Positions 8,062 through 15,954 of a stretch of DNA of 30,060 nt are shown here, piece after piece. Under the pieces are notes generated by a model. That model searched no databases. It was not told the DNA's origin and saw only the letters and a program-made list of their open reading frames with translations. The stretch lies in the IMG/VR virus record IMGVR_UViG_3300037424_002025, positions 1-30,060 of that record, one strand, 5' to 3'. This DNA is from a virus. Lineage: Duplodnaviria > Caudoviricetes. A program made the translations under genes and the position numbers. Within the stretch, counting starts at the first letter, position 1. Every line of letters starts with the position of its first letter.

Positions 8062-10491
8062 TTATCCCTTTTGGTCCTGTTTGCGGCGGTCGGTCTGCAA
8101 GCCTTCCACGGTGAGACTCACGAGTTCGGCACGGCCCTGGGCGTTATCGAGCACGAATTGGATTTCGCGTCCGCCGTAGCCCACGCGGAAATCTTCCTCC
8201 GTCTCCTGGTGCAGATCCAGCACGATGCCATCCTCTCCGGGCAACACGTAGCTGCCGGGCGGATAGACCACGGGCGCGCCGGTGGCCACCGACCAGGTGG
8301 TGACGGCGGCCACGCCCACGAAGGTCTCACCCCGATTGTAGGTGACGGCATTGTAAGTGATGCTGGCGGCGGTAAACGCATCCTCGCTGTCCACGTAGTA
8401 ACGCTGGCCCTCGACGATGTCCGTGCCGTTGCTGACGGCGTCGCTCAATTCCACGTGATAATCCTCGCGGTACTTCGTGCCGTGGTCCTCGTCGTAATTG
8501 GTGGTCACCCAGCGGGCTTTGCCGGCGGGCTTGAGGTACTTGGTATTGTCCTTGATGCGATCGGCGCGCAGGGTGAATTCCTCGTTCACGCCATCGAGCA
8601 GGGCCTTGAGCGTGTAGCTGGGGTCGAAGGTGCGCAGGTTGAGGTTGACCCAGGGAAAGCGTTTCCGGTCGAGCGACTGGCAGCGGTAAGCGCGCGTGGT
8701 GCGGATGTGGCGCACCGCCTCGTACTCGAGGGTCCAATCCACTAAACGCACCGTAGCGCTCCAGCCAGCGTCGCCCTCCAGCCCGCCGCCGGTGAATTCA
8801 AATTGCGTGCCTTGGGCAACCACGACCGCGGCGGCGCCGCTGGCGATTTGAATTTCCTCCGACCCGTTGGTCATGCGGATTTCCGATCCACCGAAGGTGA
8901 CGATATAGGTCCGGCCAACCGTCAATCCGGTCAGGATAAACACGCCGGCGGAATAGCTCCCCGATCCGATGGCGTCACCGAACGTCTCGTAGGCGGTCTC
9001 ATCATCGAACAGGGCTTCGGCCAGGTTGATGAAGCCATCGGCCCCGATGAAGAACAGGCGTTCCTCGCCGTCCACGGTGACCTTGAGCCAGTCCTGAACG
9101 GTGAAGGCGGTGCCGTCATCGTAGCCGGCCCATTTCCCTTTCACGAAGTCATAGACCAGCACGGCGTTGTTTACGTCCACCCACTGGCGCTTGAGCGAGG
9201 CGGTGACCGCGGCGGAAGCGGAGACGCCATTGAACACCACGCTTGAAGTCTGCGCCGTTAACTGGCCGGATTCATAAAGCGTCTCGGTGCCATTGGTGAG
9301 CGTGACCTCGTTCGCGCCCTTGGTCCAAAAGTAAGTCGCCCCGGGCACGACGTAATGCGTGTAGGCGCTCGACGAATAGCTGGGGCTCGCGCGAATCAAT
9401 TCCGGCCCGAGCGCCGTGGCGTCATCCAGCGGCAGGGCAATGTAGAGCTTGTCATCCCACAGTTCGAAGGTGACGGTGCTCGCGCCGATCCGGCGGTTGA
9501 CGCGGGCGATGGTCTTCTGCATCTCCTGACTCACCGGCAGGGCGCTCACGCCGAGCAGGCCGGTGGAGGCGTCGCCGGCGATTTTGTAGACGCTGCCGGT
9601 GTTGCCCATGAACCAGACCTCGTCGGGCATGTCCGCCTCTTCCTTGCCCACGTTGATCACGCCGCGCGGGCTGAGCAGGCCGAACTCGCGGGTGATCTCG
9701 TCCTGCTCCATTTCCTCGAGGGTGCCGAGCGTGTTGTAGAGCGCATAGATGCTGGCGGTTTTGAAACACACGGCGGCATGCGACCGGCCGAACTTGAACA
9801 CGCGGATCAGGCGGTCATTGGCGCCCTGGTTGATGCGCCCCTGCGAGCGCACCGAGGCGAAGCGGGTGGCGTTGAGAAAATCGCTGATGTTGACCAGATC
9901 CTTTTCGGTGGCCGTCTCGGTGGGGACAAAGAGCCTGGCATCGATCCAATCGCCGCGGTCGGCTTCGGGAATGTTGGCGGTGCCATCGGTGGGATTCTCG
10001 GTGAGCGCGCCGGTGATGGTGTTGGCGGCCTGGGTGGCCACGGCAAACCCGGCATCGAGATTCGCCATGATGAGCGTGGCGTTGCCCAGCCCGCGGAACA
10101 TCACCAGCCCGTTATACGTCTGGGTGAAGCTGACGGCGCTGGTGATGGTGATGCCCGGAGGCAGGGCGATCTCCGAAGAGCCGTTGCCTTCGCGGAATTT
10201 GTAGACCTTGCCATCCGCCGCCACGATGCCCCAGAGGACGGCATCGGCATCCTGGAAATAGCCGCGCCCGTAGACGGTGCCGTAGGGGATGGGCACGCTG
10301 GAAGCGCCGCTGGTGACGAGGTTGGACCATGGCATCTTGCAACAGCCCAGGCGGGGCTCGGCCTTGCCGAAGCGGCAGCGGTTGTTGCGGGCGCTGGCCA
10401 GCTCGCCGGGCTGGAGCTGGCCGGGCGGCAACAGCTCGTTCACGCCACTGAATTCGACATCGCCGTCGAGGATGGTTTCAGGGCTGGGCAT
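8062..10491 (-). CDS. Tail tubular/nozzle protein (P22 gp10 / T7 gp12 functional class), 809 aa
   Basis: Start reassigned to ATG 10491 (MPSPETILDGDVEFSGVNELLPPGQLQPGELASARNNR...PRLG), an N-terminal pattern typical of podoviral nozzle proteins; beta-propeller-like strand pattern; C-terminal 'GREIQFVLDN...LVSLTVEG'. The track's start at 10614 overlaps the upstream gene. Confidence 0.7.
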   Translation of the reverse strand: MPSPETILDGDVEFSGVNELLPPGQLQPGELASARNNRCRFGKAEPRLGCCKMPWSNLVTSGASSVPIPYGTVYGRGYFQDADAVLWGIVAADGKVYKFREGNGSSEIALPPGITITSAVSFTQTYNGLVMFRGLGNATLIMANLDAGFAVATQAANTITGALTENPTDGTANIPEADRGDWIDARLFVPTETATEKDLVNISDFLNATRFASVRSQGRINQGANDRLIRVFKFGRSHAAVCFKTASIYALYNTLGTLEEMEQDEITREFGLLSPRGVINVGKEEADMPDEVWFMGNTGSVYKIAGDASTGLLGVSALPVSQEMQKTIARVNRRIGASTVTFELWDDKLYIALPLDDATALGPELIRASPSYSSSAYTHYVVPGATYFWTKGANEVTLTNGTETLYESGQLTAQTSSVVFNGVSASAAVTASLKRQWVDVNNAVLVYDFVKGKWAGYDDGTAFTVQDWLKVTVDGEERLFFIGADGFINLAEALFDDETAYETFGDAIGSGSYSAGVFILTGLTVGRTYIVTFGGSEIRMTNGSEEIQIASGAAAVVVAQGTQFEFTGGGLEGDAGWSATVRLVDWTLEYEAVRHIRTTRAYRCQSLDRKRFPWVNLNLRTFDPSYTLKALLDGVNEEFTLRADRIKDNTKYLKPAGKARWVTTNYDEDHGTKYREDYHVELSDAVSNGTDIVEGQRYYVDSEDAFTAASITYNAVTYNRGETFVGVAAVTTWSVATGAPVVYPPGSYVLPGEDGIVLDLHQETEEDFRVGYGGREIQFVLDNAQGRAELVSLTVEGLQTDRRKQDQKG

Positions 10492-10514
10492 GTTCAGGAC
10501 AGAGGCACGGTGGT

Positions 10515-13475
10515 TTACCAATAAGTGCCATAGGAGCCTTTTTGCACCACGATGTCCGTGTTGGCGGCCAGTTCGTTGGCAAAACGGGCGGCAAAAGTGC
10601 CGTTCGCTGTGCACAGGTAACGGCCTCGGATGCGGACGTTCAGATCGACTCCCGCCGTGACCGTGCTGGTGAGCAAGGTCATGTCATCGCGGACGGTGTT
10701 GTGTCGCTCGGTGTGCGTGGCCACGCCGGCGGCGCCATTCGCAATGACGTCGCTGCCCGCCCAGAAGTCGAGTGTCCCCGCCGGGCAGTTTACGCCAGCC
10801 TTCCAGCCCGTGGTCGTGGCGGCTGACTGGAACGTGATGTAAAACTCAAAGGCGTAATCGGTGCCGTTCACCACGGGGAAGGTGAGTCCCGTAATGTCAG
10901 TGAACGTGGCGGCCCCGGCATTGATGGTCTGATTGCCAGTGGTGCGCAGAGTGGTGATGCGGGGAGCCGTCGTCCCGAGATTGACCACGCCCCCGCTCAC
11001 ATACCCCGTCACGCCCGTCGTCCAGTTCACGGTGCCGGCGGTGCCGAGGTCCACGCCATTGGTCTGGACCAGATGATTGGTTCCGCTGCCGCCCGGCGTC
11101 TCCCAGGTGCCCACGCCGTTGGCGTCCGACGTGAGGACCTTGCCTGCGCCAGCCCCCGTGAACAGGACCACAGTGTTGCTGACCCAGAGATGAGCCAGGA
11201 CGTTAGAGCGCACCAACTCCGCCCGATTGCCGATGTCGTAGGTATTGTTAGCGTTCGGGAACAGATGCCCGTGCTCGTCTGAAGGCCCTTCGCCGGAAAT
11301 GCCCCAGCGGGCTATGCCCAGGGTTTTGAAATCCATGTCACTATTGGGCGTGTTAAAGCCTCCGGACTCCATGATGTTGGTGGTTAACAAGGCGCGGTCC
11401 CCCACCAAGATCGTCGGCACGCCCCCCACCAGTTTCACCTGCACGTTGGTCCCATCGAAGACGAATTGGTCGGTGCCATTCGTCGCCGTTAGTGCGCCGC
11501 TCCGTACGAAGGCAATCCCCATGTCCGGCGAAGACAATCCGCTGCCGCCGGTGGGCGCCTGCCAGGTGCCCTCTCCGGTGGCATCGCTGGTGAGCACATG
11601 GCCCGCGGTGCCCCCGTTGGTCATGCGCAGGCGCATGTCCCCGAGCAGCCAGGTGTTGGTGCGGTCCGTCCGAAGCTTGTTGGCGTCGGTCACGCCCAAC
11701 TCGATGCTGCGCGCGGTTGCATTGGTGATGAAGTTGCCAATGGCGGTTGCCATTGCCCCACTGACACTATTCGACGCTCCCCCGAGTATCTGCCCAAATT
11801 CACTGTTACCAATTATTATGTTTGCTCTGCCTCCTCCCAGAAAGGAATGGTCAGAAGCGTTCCCAATGTCATTACCAGCGCCACCACCGATGAAGGCGCG
11901 GATCGAATTCCCAATGTCATTGTCATTGCCTCCAACGACTGACGACTCCGACGCAGACGTCGATAAATCGTTGTCATTTCCGCCTCCAATAAACGCAGAC
12001 GTGCCACCGCTCAAAATGCTGTTGTTTTGTCCTCCCACGATCGTTGCAAATGTTGCCGTGTTAATTGTGTTTGGTCCGCCTCCTCCGATGAAGCTGGCCG
12101 CGCAGATTCCAGAAAACGTGTTGACGCTGCCTCCCACGATACTCGCATTGTCGCTTTGAGAGGATATTAAATTCCCCTGCCCTCCTCCAATGAAAGCCCA
12201 GTCTGACGCCGTGATTCCATTTTGAGCACCACCACCTCCACCGACCACAGTCGAATAATCGCTGCCCATCCTGATGTAGTTATTGGCGCCACCACCCATC
12301 AAAGAGAAGGAAGAGTTCGTATAAATGATGTTGTTGGACCCGCCCACGATGCTCGATCCGACCGCGTTGCTGTGAATGATGTTAAACACGCCATTGAGCA
12401 CCGTGGAAAAGTGGCCCTTGGCCATTACGTTGGATCCCTGCGCAATCGAGAACATCCCGACGTTCGTCGGATGCCAGTAATTGGATGGCGCGGTGGTCGA
12501 ATCGAACACGTCCGGGCCGGCCGCTTGCGCGCCCAGTTCGCCGAGACGCCACGACCGCATGACCGGAATCCACTCCATCGCTACCCGGGCATTGTTCGTC
12601 ACCGGCGCTCCGTTCGTCCCCTGAAACCAAAAGCTTCCGACCACCGGCGTACCGGCGATGTTCGTCGTGTATTGGTTGGTGATGAAGCCGCCGCCGCCGC
12701 CCGCCCCGGTCATGCCCAGGTGCAGCACGCCGCCGCTGACGTAGCCGGTGACGCCGGCGGTCCAGTTCACCGTCCCGGCGCTGCCGAGATCCACGCCATT
12801 GGTCTGCACCAGATGATTCGTGCCGCTGCTGGCCGGCAGGCTCACGCCCAGGCGCAGCACGCCTCCGCTTACGTAACCGGTCACACCGGTGGTCCAGTTC
12901 ACCGTCCCGGCGCTGCCGAGGTCCACGTCATTCGTCTGCACCAGATGATTGCTCTTGCTGTTGAACGTCGTCCAATCCGCCGAGGACAACGCCCCGCGCA
13001 CGGTGGCGCTGGCGGTGGGCAGGTTGAACGTATGCACGCCCGCCAGGCTCGCGATGTTGAAATCATTCCCGCTCGTGCCCACCACAAAGGTCTGGCTGGC
13101 GTTGGTCGAGCCGTTCAGGTTGGTAATGCCGGCGATGGTGACTTGCGTGATGATGCTGGTGCCGCTGCCGCCGCAGTTCGTGCAGGGCCACAGGATCAGG
13201 GTGCGCCCCTGGTTGGTGGGGTTGAACGTCATGCCGCTGTAGGTCTGGCCCACCCAGTTGTTTGGCAGCATGAGCACGACGTTCACCGGGATGGCGCTGG
13301 TCTGCGCGATCGCCGCCGCGGGCGCGAGGAGCCAGAGCCAGAGCCAGAGCCAGAGAAGGGTTGAAGGGTTGAAGGGTTGAAGGGTTGAAGGGTTGAAGGG
13401 TTGAAGGGTTGAAGGGTTGGACCGTTCCAACCGTTCACCCTTCAACGCTTCACGCTTGAACCCTGCAACGCTCAT
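10515..13475 (-). CDS. Long fibre/adhesin-like protein with N-terminal signal-peptide-like region (986 aa)
   Basis: Hydrophobic LLWLWLWLWLLAPAAAIA|Q segment; phage fibre motif 'GTSGNDFNIAS...HTFNLPTASATVRGALSSADWTTFNSK'; about 11 'xxhGGxxN' beta-roll-like repeats; two 'G[HK]VLTSDAxGxGTW' hinges; three 35-aa repeats; C-terminal beta-sandwich. ATG sits 1 nt after the upstream TAA. Confidence 0.7.
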   Translation of the reverse strand: MSVAGFKREALKGERLERSNPSTLQPFNPSTLQPFNPSTLLWLWLWLWLLAPAAAIAQTSAIPVNVVLMLPNNWVGQTYSGMTFNPTNQGRTLILWPCTNCGGSGTSIITQVTIAGITNLNGSTNASQTFVVGTSGNDFNIASLAGVHTFNLPTASATVRGALSSADWTTFNSKSNHLVQTNDVDLGSAGTVNWTTGVTGYVSGGVLRLGVSLPASSGTNHLVQTNGVDLGSAGTVNWTAGVTGYVSGGVLHLGMTGAGGGGGFITNQYTTNIAGTPVVGSFWFQGTNGAPVTNNARVAMEWIPVMRSWRLGELGAQAAGPDVFDSTTAPSNYWHPTNVGMFSIAQGSNVMAKGHFSTVLNGVFNIIHSNAVGSSIVGGSNNIIYTNSSFSLMGGGANNYIRMGSDYSTVVGGGGGAQNGITASDWAFIGGGQGNLISSQSDNASIVGGSVNTFSGICAASFIGGGGPNTINTATFATIVGGQNNSILSGGTSAFIGGGNDNDLSTSASESSVVGGNDNDIGNSIRAFIGGGAGNDIGNASDHSFLGGGRANIIIGNSEFGQILGGASNSVSGAMATAIGNFITNATARSIELGVTDANKLRTDRTNTWLLGDMRLRMTNGGTAGHVLTSDATGEGTWQAPTGGSGLSSPDMGIAFVRSGALTATNGTDQFVFDGTNVQVKLVGGVPTILVGDRALLTTNIMESGGFNTPNSDMDFKTLGIARWGISGEGPSDEHGHLFPNANNTYDIGNRAELVRSNVLAHLWVSNTVVLFTGAGAGKVLTSDANGVGTWETPGGSGTNHLVQTNGVDLGTAGTVNWTTGVTGYVSGGVVNLGTTAPRITTLRTTGNQTINAGAATFTDITGLTFPVVNGTDYAFEFYITFQSAATTTGWKAGVNCPAGTLDFWAGSDVIANGAAGVATHTERHNTVRDDMTLLTSTVTAGVDLNVRIRGRYLCTANGTFAARFANELAANTDIVVQKGSYGTYW
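13356..13419. repeat. Perfect tandem repeat (AAGGGTTG)x8, adjacent to (GAGCCA)x4 at 13329-13352
   Basis: Counted directly; lies within the 5' coding region of the 986-aa gene. Confidence 0.97.
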
Positions 13476-13476
13476 C

Positions 13477-13908
13477 TTACTTCGGCTCGGGCGTTCCCAC
13501 GGTCAGCCCGAGGTTCTGCGCGCGCGCGCCCTGGACGGTCAGTTGGATGATGTCGCTGATGGTTTCCACGCCGGCGCCGAGGTCCGCGTCCGCCTCGACG
13601 AGGATGACGGTATCGCCGGGCGTGTCGCTGCTGATGAGCGAGGCGCTCAGGCCACCGTCCGCCGCCAGCACGGTGGAGTCGCCGCTCTGCACCGTCCAGA
13701 CGGGCGCGCCATCGAGCGTGGCGGGTTTGCCGGTGGCGGTGACGGGCGCGAGGGTAACGGTGACCTTCTGTTCGTTGGTGATGGTGATTTTGATCATGGT
13801 GGTTTTGGTTTTGGTTGTGGGCAATCCGATCTTCCAATCGAACCGCCCCGGTTGTTTTGGTTTCGGCTGCTTATCGCAGCGGAGAATTTTGCAAAGCCAG
13901 GCGGGCAT
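13477..13908 (-). CDS. Small Ig-like beta-sandwich phage protein (143 aa from 13908, or 106 aa from ATG 13797)
   Basis: Alternating beta-strand pattern (QKVTVTLAPV...PVWTV...LSASLIS...ILVEADADLGAGV...IQLTV); two plausible in-frame starts. Confidence 0.55.
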   Translation of the reverse strand: MPAWLCKILRCDKQPKPKQPGRFDWKIGLPTTKTKTTMIKITITNEQKVTVTLAPVTATGKPATLDGAPVWTVQSGDSTVLAADGGLSASLISSDTPGDTVILVEADADLGAGVETISDIIQLTVQGARAQNLGLTVGTPEPK

Positions 13909-13911
13909 TAG

Positions 13912-14586
13912 TCAGAACAGGGTCAGGCGTAGTCCCGCGCGGGCCAGGCCGTAGCCTTCGCCGCGCGTGGTCAGGCCCAGGCCGGCTTCGCCGAAGACGC
14001 CCCAGCCTTCAGCAAATCGGAACTCGATGCCGCCGCCGGTGGTCACGATCACGCGCTCGAGTTCGAAATCGTAGCCGGCTTCGCCGAACCCGTAGGGGGC
14101 GATGGTATCCCACAAGGGCGCGCGTACGGTCACGCGGCCGGATGCCTGGTCGAACACCGAGTGCCGGAAATCCGCCAGCTCGGCCACGCCGCCAATGCCG
14201 AGGCCGCGGGTGATCCAGTAGGTGCCACCCATGCCGCCGGCGAATTCGATGTCGTCTTCGCTGCGAGCGCTGGCGTGGAGGGTGCCCTTGCCGTAGAGGC
14301 TCAGGTCGAAGTCGCCCGCCTCGAAATGGGCGGGGGCCTTCTCGTCGAGTTTGCCGTCAGCGGAGCGCGGCTCTGTGAGCCGCAGCGGCGTGGAGAGAAT
14401 GGGATCGTTCGACGTTACCGAGCTGCTGGGGGTCACAGACCCGCGCTCCGGTGGCGCGGGCTTCAAGTCGGTGTTGAGCTGCTTGAGGATGGTATCGGGC
14501 GGGGGCGTGGGGGATTGGGCGAGGGCGGACAGCACGAGCGCCGCCAGGACGCACAGGATAAGGAGGGCGTTGCGGATGAGGTTCAT
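13912..14586 (-). CDS. Outer-membrane beta-barrel protein, probably 8-stranded (224 aa)
   Basis: Start at ATG 14586 (ATGA overlap with the holin-like gene). Signal peptide MNLIRNALLILCVLAALVLSALA|Q, Pro-rich linker, amphipathic strands ('GGMGGTYWI','IAPYGFGEAGYDF','GGGIEFRF','WGVFGEAG'), and C-terminal 'ARAGLRLTLF' ending in Phe (BAM beta-signal pattern). Confidence 0.8.
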   Translation of the reverse strand: MNLIRNALLILCVLAALVLSALAQSPTPPPDTILKQLNTDLKPAPPERGSVTPSSSVTSNDPILSTPLRLTEPRSADGKLDEKAPAHFEAGDFDLSLYGKGTLHASARSEDDIEFAGGMGGTYWITRGLGIGGVAELADFRHSVFDQASGRVTVRAPLWDTIAPYGFGEAGYDFELERVIVTTGGGIEFRFAEGWGVFGEAGLGLTTRGEGYGLARAGLRLTLF

Positions 14587-14807
14587 TTTGGTGGTTGTGG
14601 TGGTTCCGGGGGTTTGTTGACTGCGCCTGCGTCCTGCGAGGTGACTTTGTTGTCCCGCGCCGAGAGCAGGCCGAATCCGGTGGCAATGGCCGCCATCGCG
14701 GTCGAGACGGCTTCCGTCTTGTTTTCCTGACACCAGAGCGTCACGGCGGCGGCCAGACCGGCGACAATGGTGGCGATGCCGCCCGTGGATGTTTTCCAGC
14801 TTTTCAT
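14583..14807 (-). CDS. Putative holin (74 aa, two hydrophobic segments)
   Basis: 'MKSWKTSTGG' start, two Ala/Gly-rich hydrophobic stretches and 'GFGLLSARD' followed by a polar tail, a pattern seen in small phage holin-like proteins; ATGA-coupled on both sides. Confidence 0.55.
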   Translation of the reverse strand: MKSWKTSTGGIATIVAGLAAAVTLWCQENKTEAVSTAMAAIATGFGLLSARDNKVTSQDAGAVNKPPEPPQPPK

Positions 14808-15364
14808 GGTTTCATCACTTCTTCCGGCGGCAGCACTCCTTCCCGGAGCACCAGCCGGTAACTTTTGTGGTCGCTGTCGGCGTCGAAGAAATAATCAGGC
14901 TGGCCGGTGCCATCGATCTCGGGCGGGCACGGTTGCCAATTCACCAGGTCAATAGAACTCTCCAGGCCATAGATCCAATTCGTCTCGGTGGCGAAGTCCA
15001 CTCGGAACATCCGGCAATACTCGTTGGTGCCCTCGCTGCCGTTGTCGAAGCGCGGGGAGACGATCATCGTATTGGTGACACCTGGCGCCGGTGGCGGCAC
15101 GCTCTGCAAGCGCATGGATGACGTGGGAAGCGGCGGCGGAGTCACCTCAATCGGTTGCCACACTCTGCGAAACATGCGAACCTTCGGCGGGTTCACCCTG
15201 ATGACATTGGTCAGACTACAGGCGTTGCCATCCTCCACCCAATGACACACGCGCTGTTTGACCACGTCTTCCACCACCGCCTTGCGGGAGCCATCCGGGT
15301 GGATGTCTTCCGTCACGTTGGTCAGCAAGGTGACGATGACGATGGCTGGAAAGTTGGTCATCAA
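14804..15364 (-). CDS. Hypothetical TN-rich protein with C-terminal 'YxLExSxDLxxW...YRL' domain (186 aa)
   Basis: ATGA overlaps at both ends; short hydrophobic N-terminus; Pro-rich linker; C-terminal motif resembling the terminal domain of many verrucomicrobial exported proteins. Confidence 0.65.
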   Translation of the reverse strand: MMTNFPAIVIVTLLTNVTEDIHPDGSRKAVVEDVVKQRVCHWVEDGNACSLTNVIRVNPPKVRMFRRVWQPIEVTPPPLPTSSMRLQSVPPPAPGVTNTMIVSPRFDNGSEGTNEYCRMFRVDFATETNWIYGLESSIDLVNWQPCPPEIDGTGQPDYFFDADSDHKSYRLVLREGVLPPEEVMKP

Positions 15365-15582
15365 TTCAGGTATTTCAGCGAGGCCAGGATGATTTGCAGG
15401 ACGCCCAGCGCGCCGACGCCGAGGGCGACGATCTTCACCACGGTCTGCTCGAGCGATCGCAGGCGATGATCCAGCTCCGCGTTGGCGCGGGCCCGGGTTG
15501 CCTTTTCGGATTCGGCATCGGCCACCAATCTTTTCATTTGTATCTCAAGAATGGCCACACGTTGGCTAATGGACTCCGCCAT
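15361..15582 (-). CDS. Small coiled-coil protein with one C-terminal transmembrane helix (73 aa; holin/XhlA-like architecture)
   Basis: Heptad-like N-terminus (RVAILE...RLRSLEQ) followed by VVKIVALGVGALGVLQIILASL. Confidence 0.6.
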   Translation of the reverse strand: MAESISQRVAILEIQMKRLVADAESEKATRARANAELDHRLRSLEQTVVKIVALGVGALGVLQIILASLKYLN

Positions 15583-15694
15583 GTCTTATTTTCCGGGTGT
15601 GCGCCCGCAACATCGCCGCCCAAATGCAATCGATGCCGCGGCGCCAGAAGAGCGCGCGCACCGTCATCCAGGGTTCAATCGGCCGGGCTTTCAT
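15566..15694 (-). CDS. Possible 42-aa ORF (MKARPIEPWMTVRALFWRRG...)
   Basis: Not in the ORF track; begins with an ATGA overlap on the upstream stop and fills the gap; no homology recognised. Confidence 0.25.
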   Translation of the reverse strand: MKARPIEPWMTVRALFWRRGIDCIWAAMLRAHTRKIRHGGVH

Positions 15695-15954
15695 GGATCA
15701 GTCATCGCGACCACGCGATAGAAGACGGCCTCCAGCCCGCTTTGGATCCGGCATTCGACCACGGTGTTGGTGGTCCACCCGCGCAAGACGGGATGCCAGA
15801 GAAAGAGATCCTCCGTCCGTTCTAGCTGCCAGGAGGCCGGCGTATTGCTGAAGACGAGCCACATCCCATCCGCCCGCGTCTCAATAATGGAATCGGTCGA
15901 CAGCGCGCTGAAGGCGCCGAGGCCGGAAGCGAGCAGGAGCAACAGGGTTCTCAT
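15691..15954 (-). CDS. Small exported protein: signal peptide plus a lone 'WQLERTEDLxxW...FYRV' domain (87 aa)
   Basis: Start reassigned to ATG 15954 (ATGA overlap); MRTLLLLLASGLGAFSA signal-like N-terminus; same terminal motif as 14804-15364. Confidence 0.65.
   Translation of the reverse strand: MRTLLLLLASGLGAFSALSTDSIIETRADGMWLVFSNTPASWQLERTEDLFLWHPVLRGWTTNTVVECRIQSGLEAVFYRVVAMTDP

Noticed and set aside
10974-12950. Fibre repeats as a diversity-generating retroelement TR/VR pair
   Set aside because: Differences between copies are mostly synonymous third-position changes, not adenine-specific; all copies are coding; no reverse transcriptase in the window.
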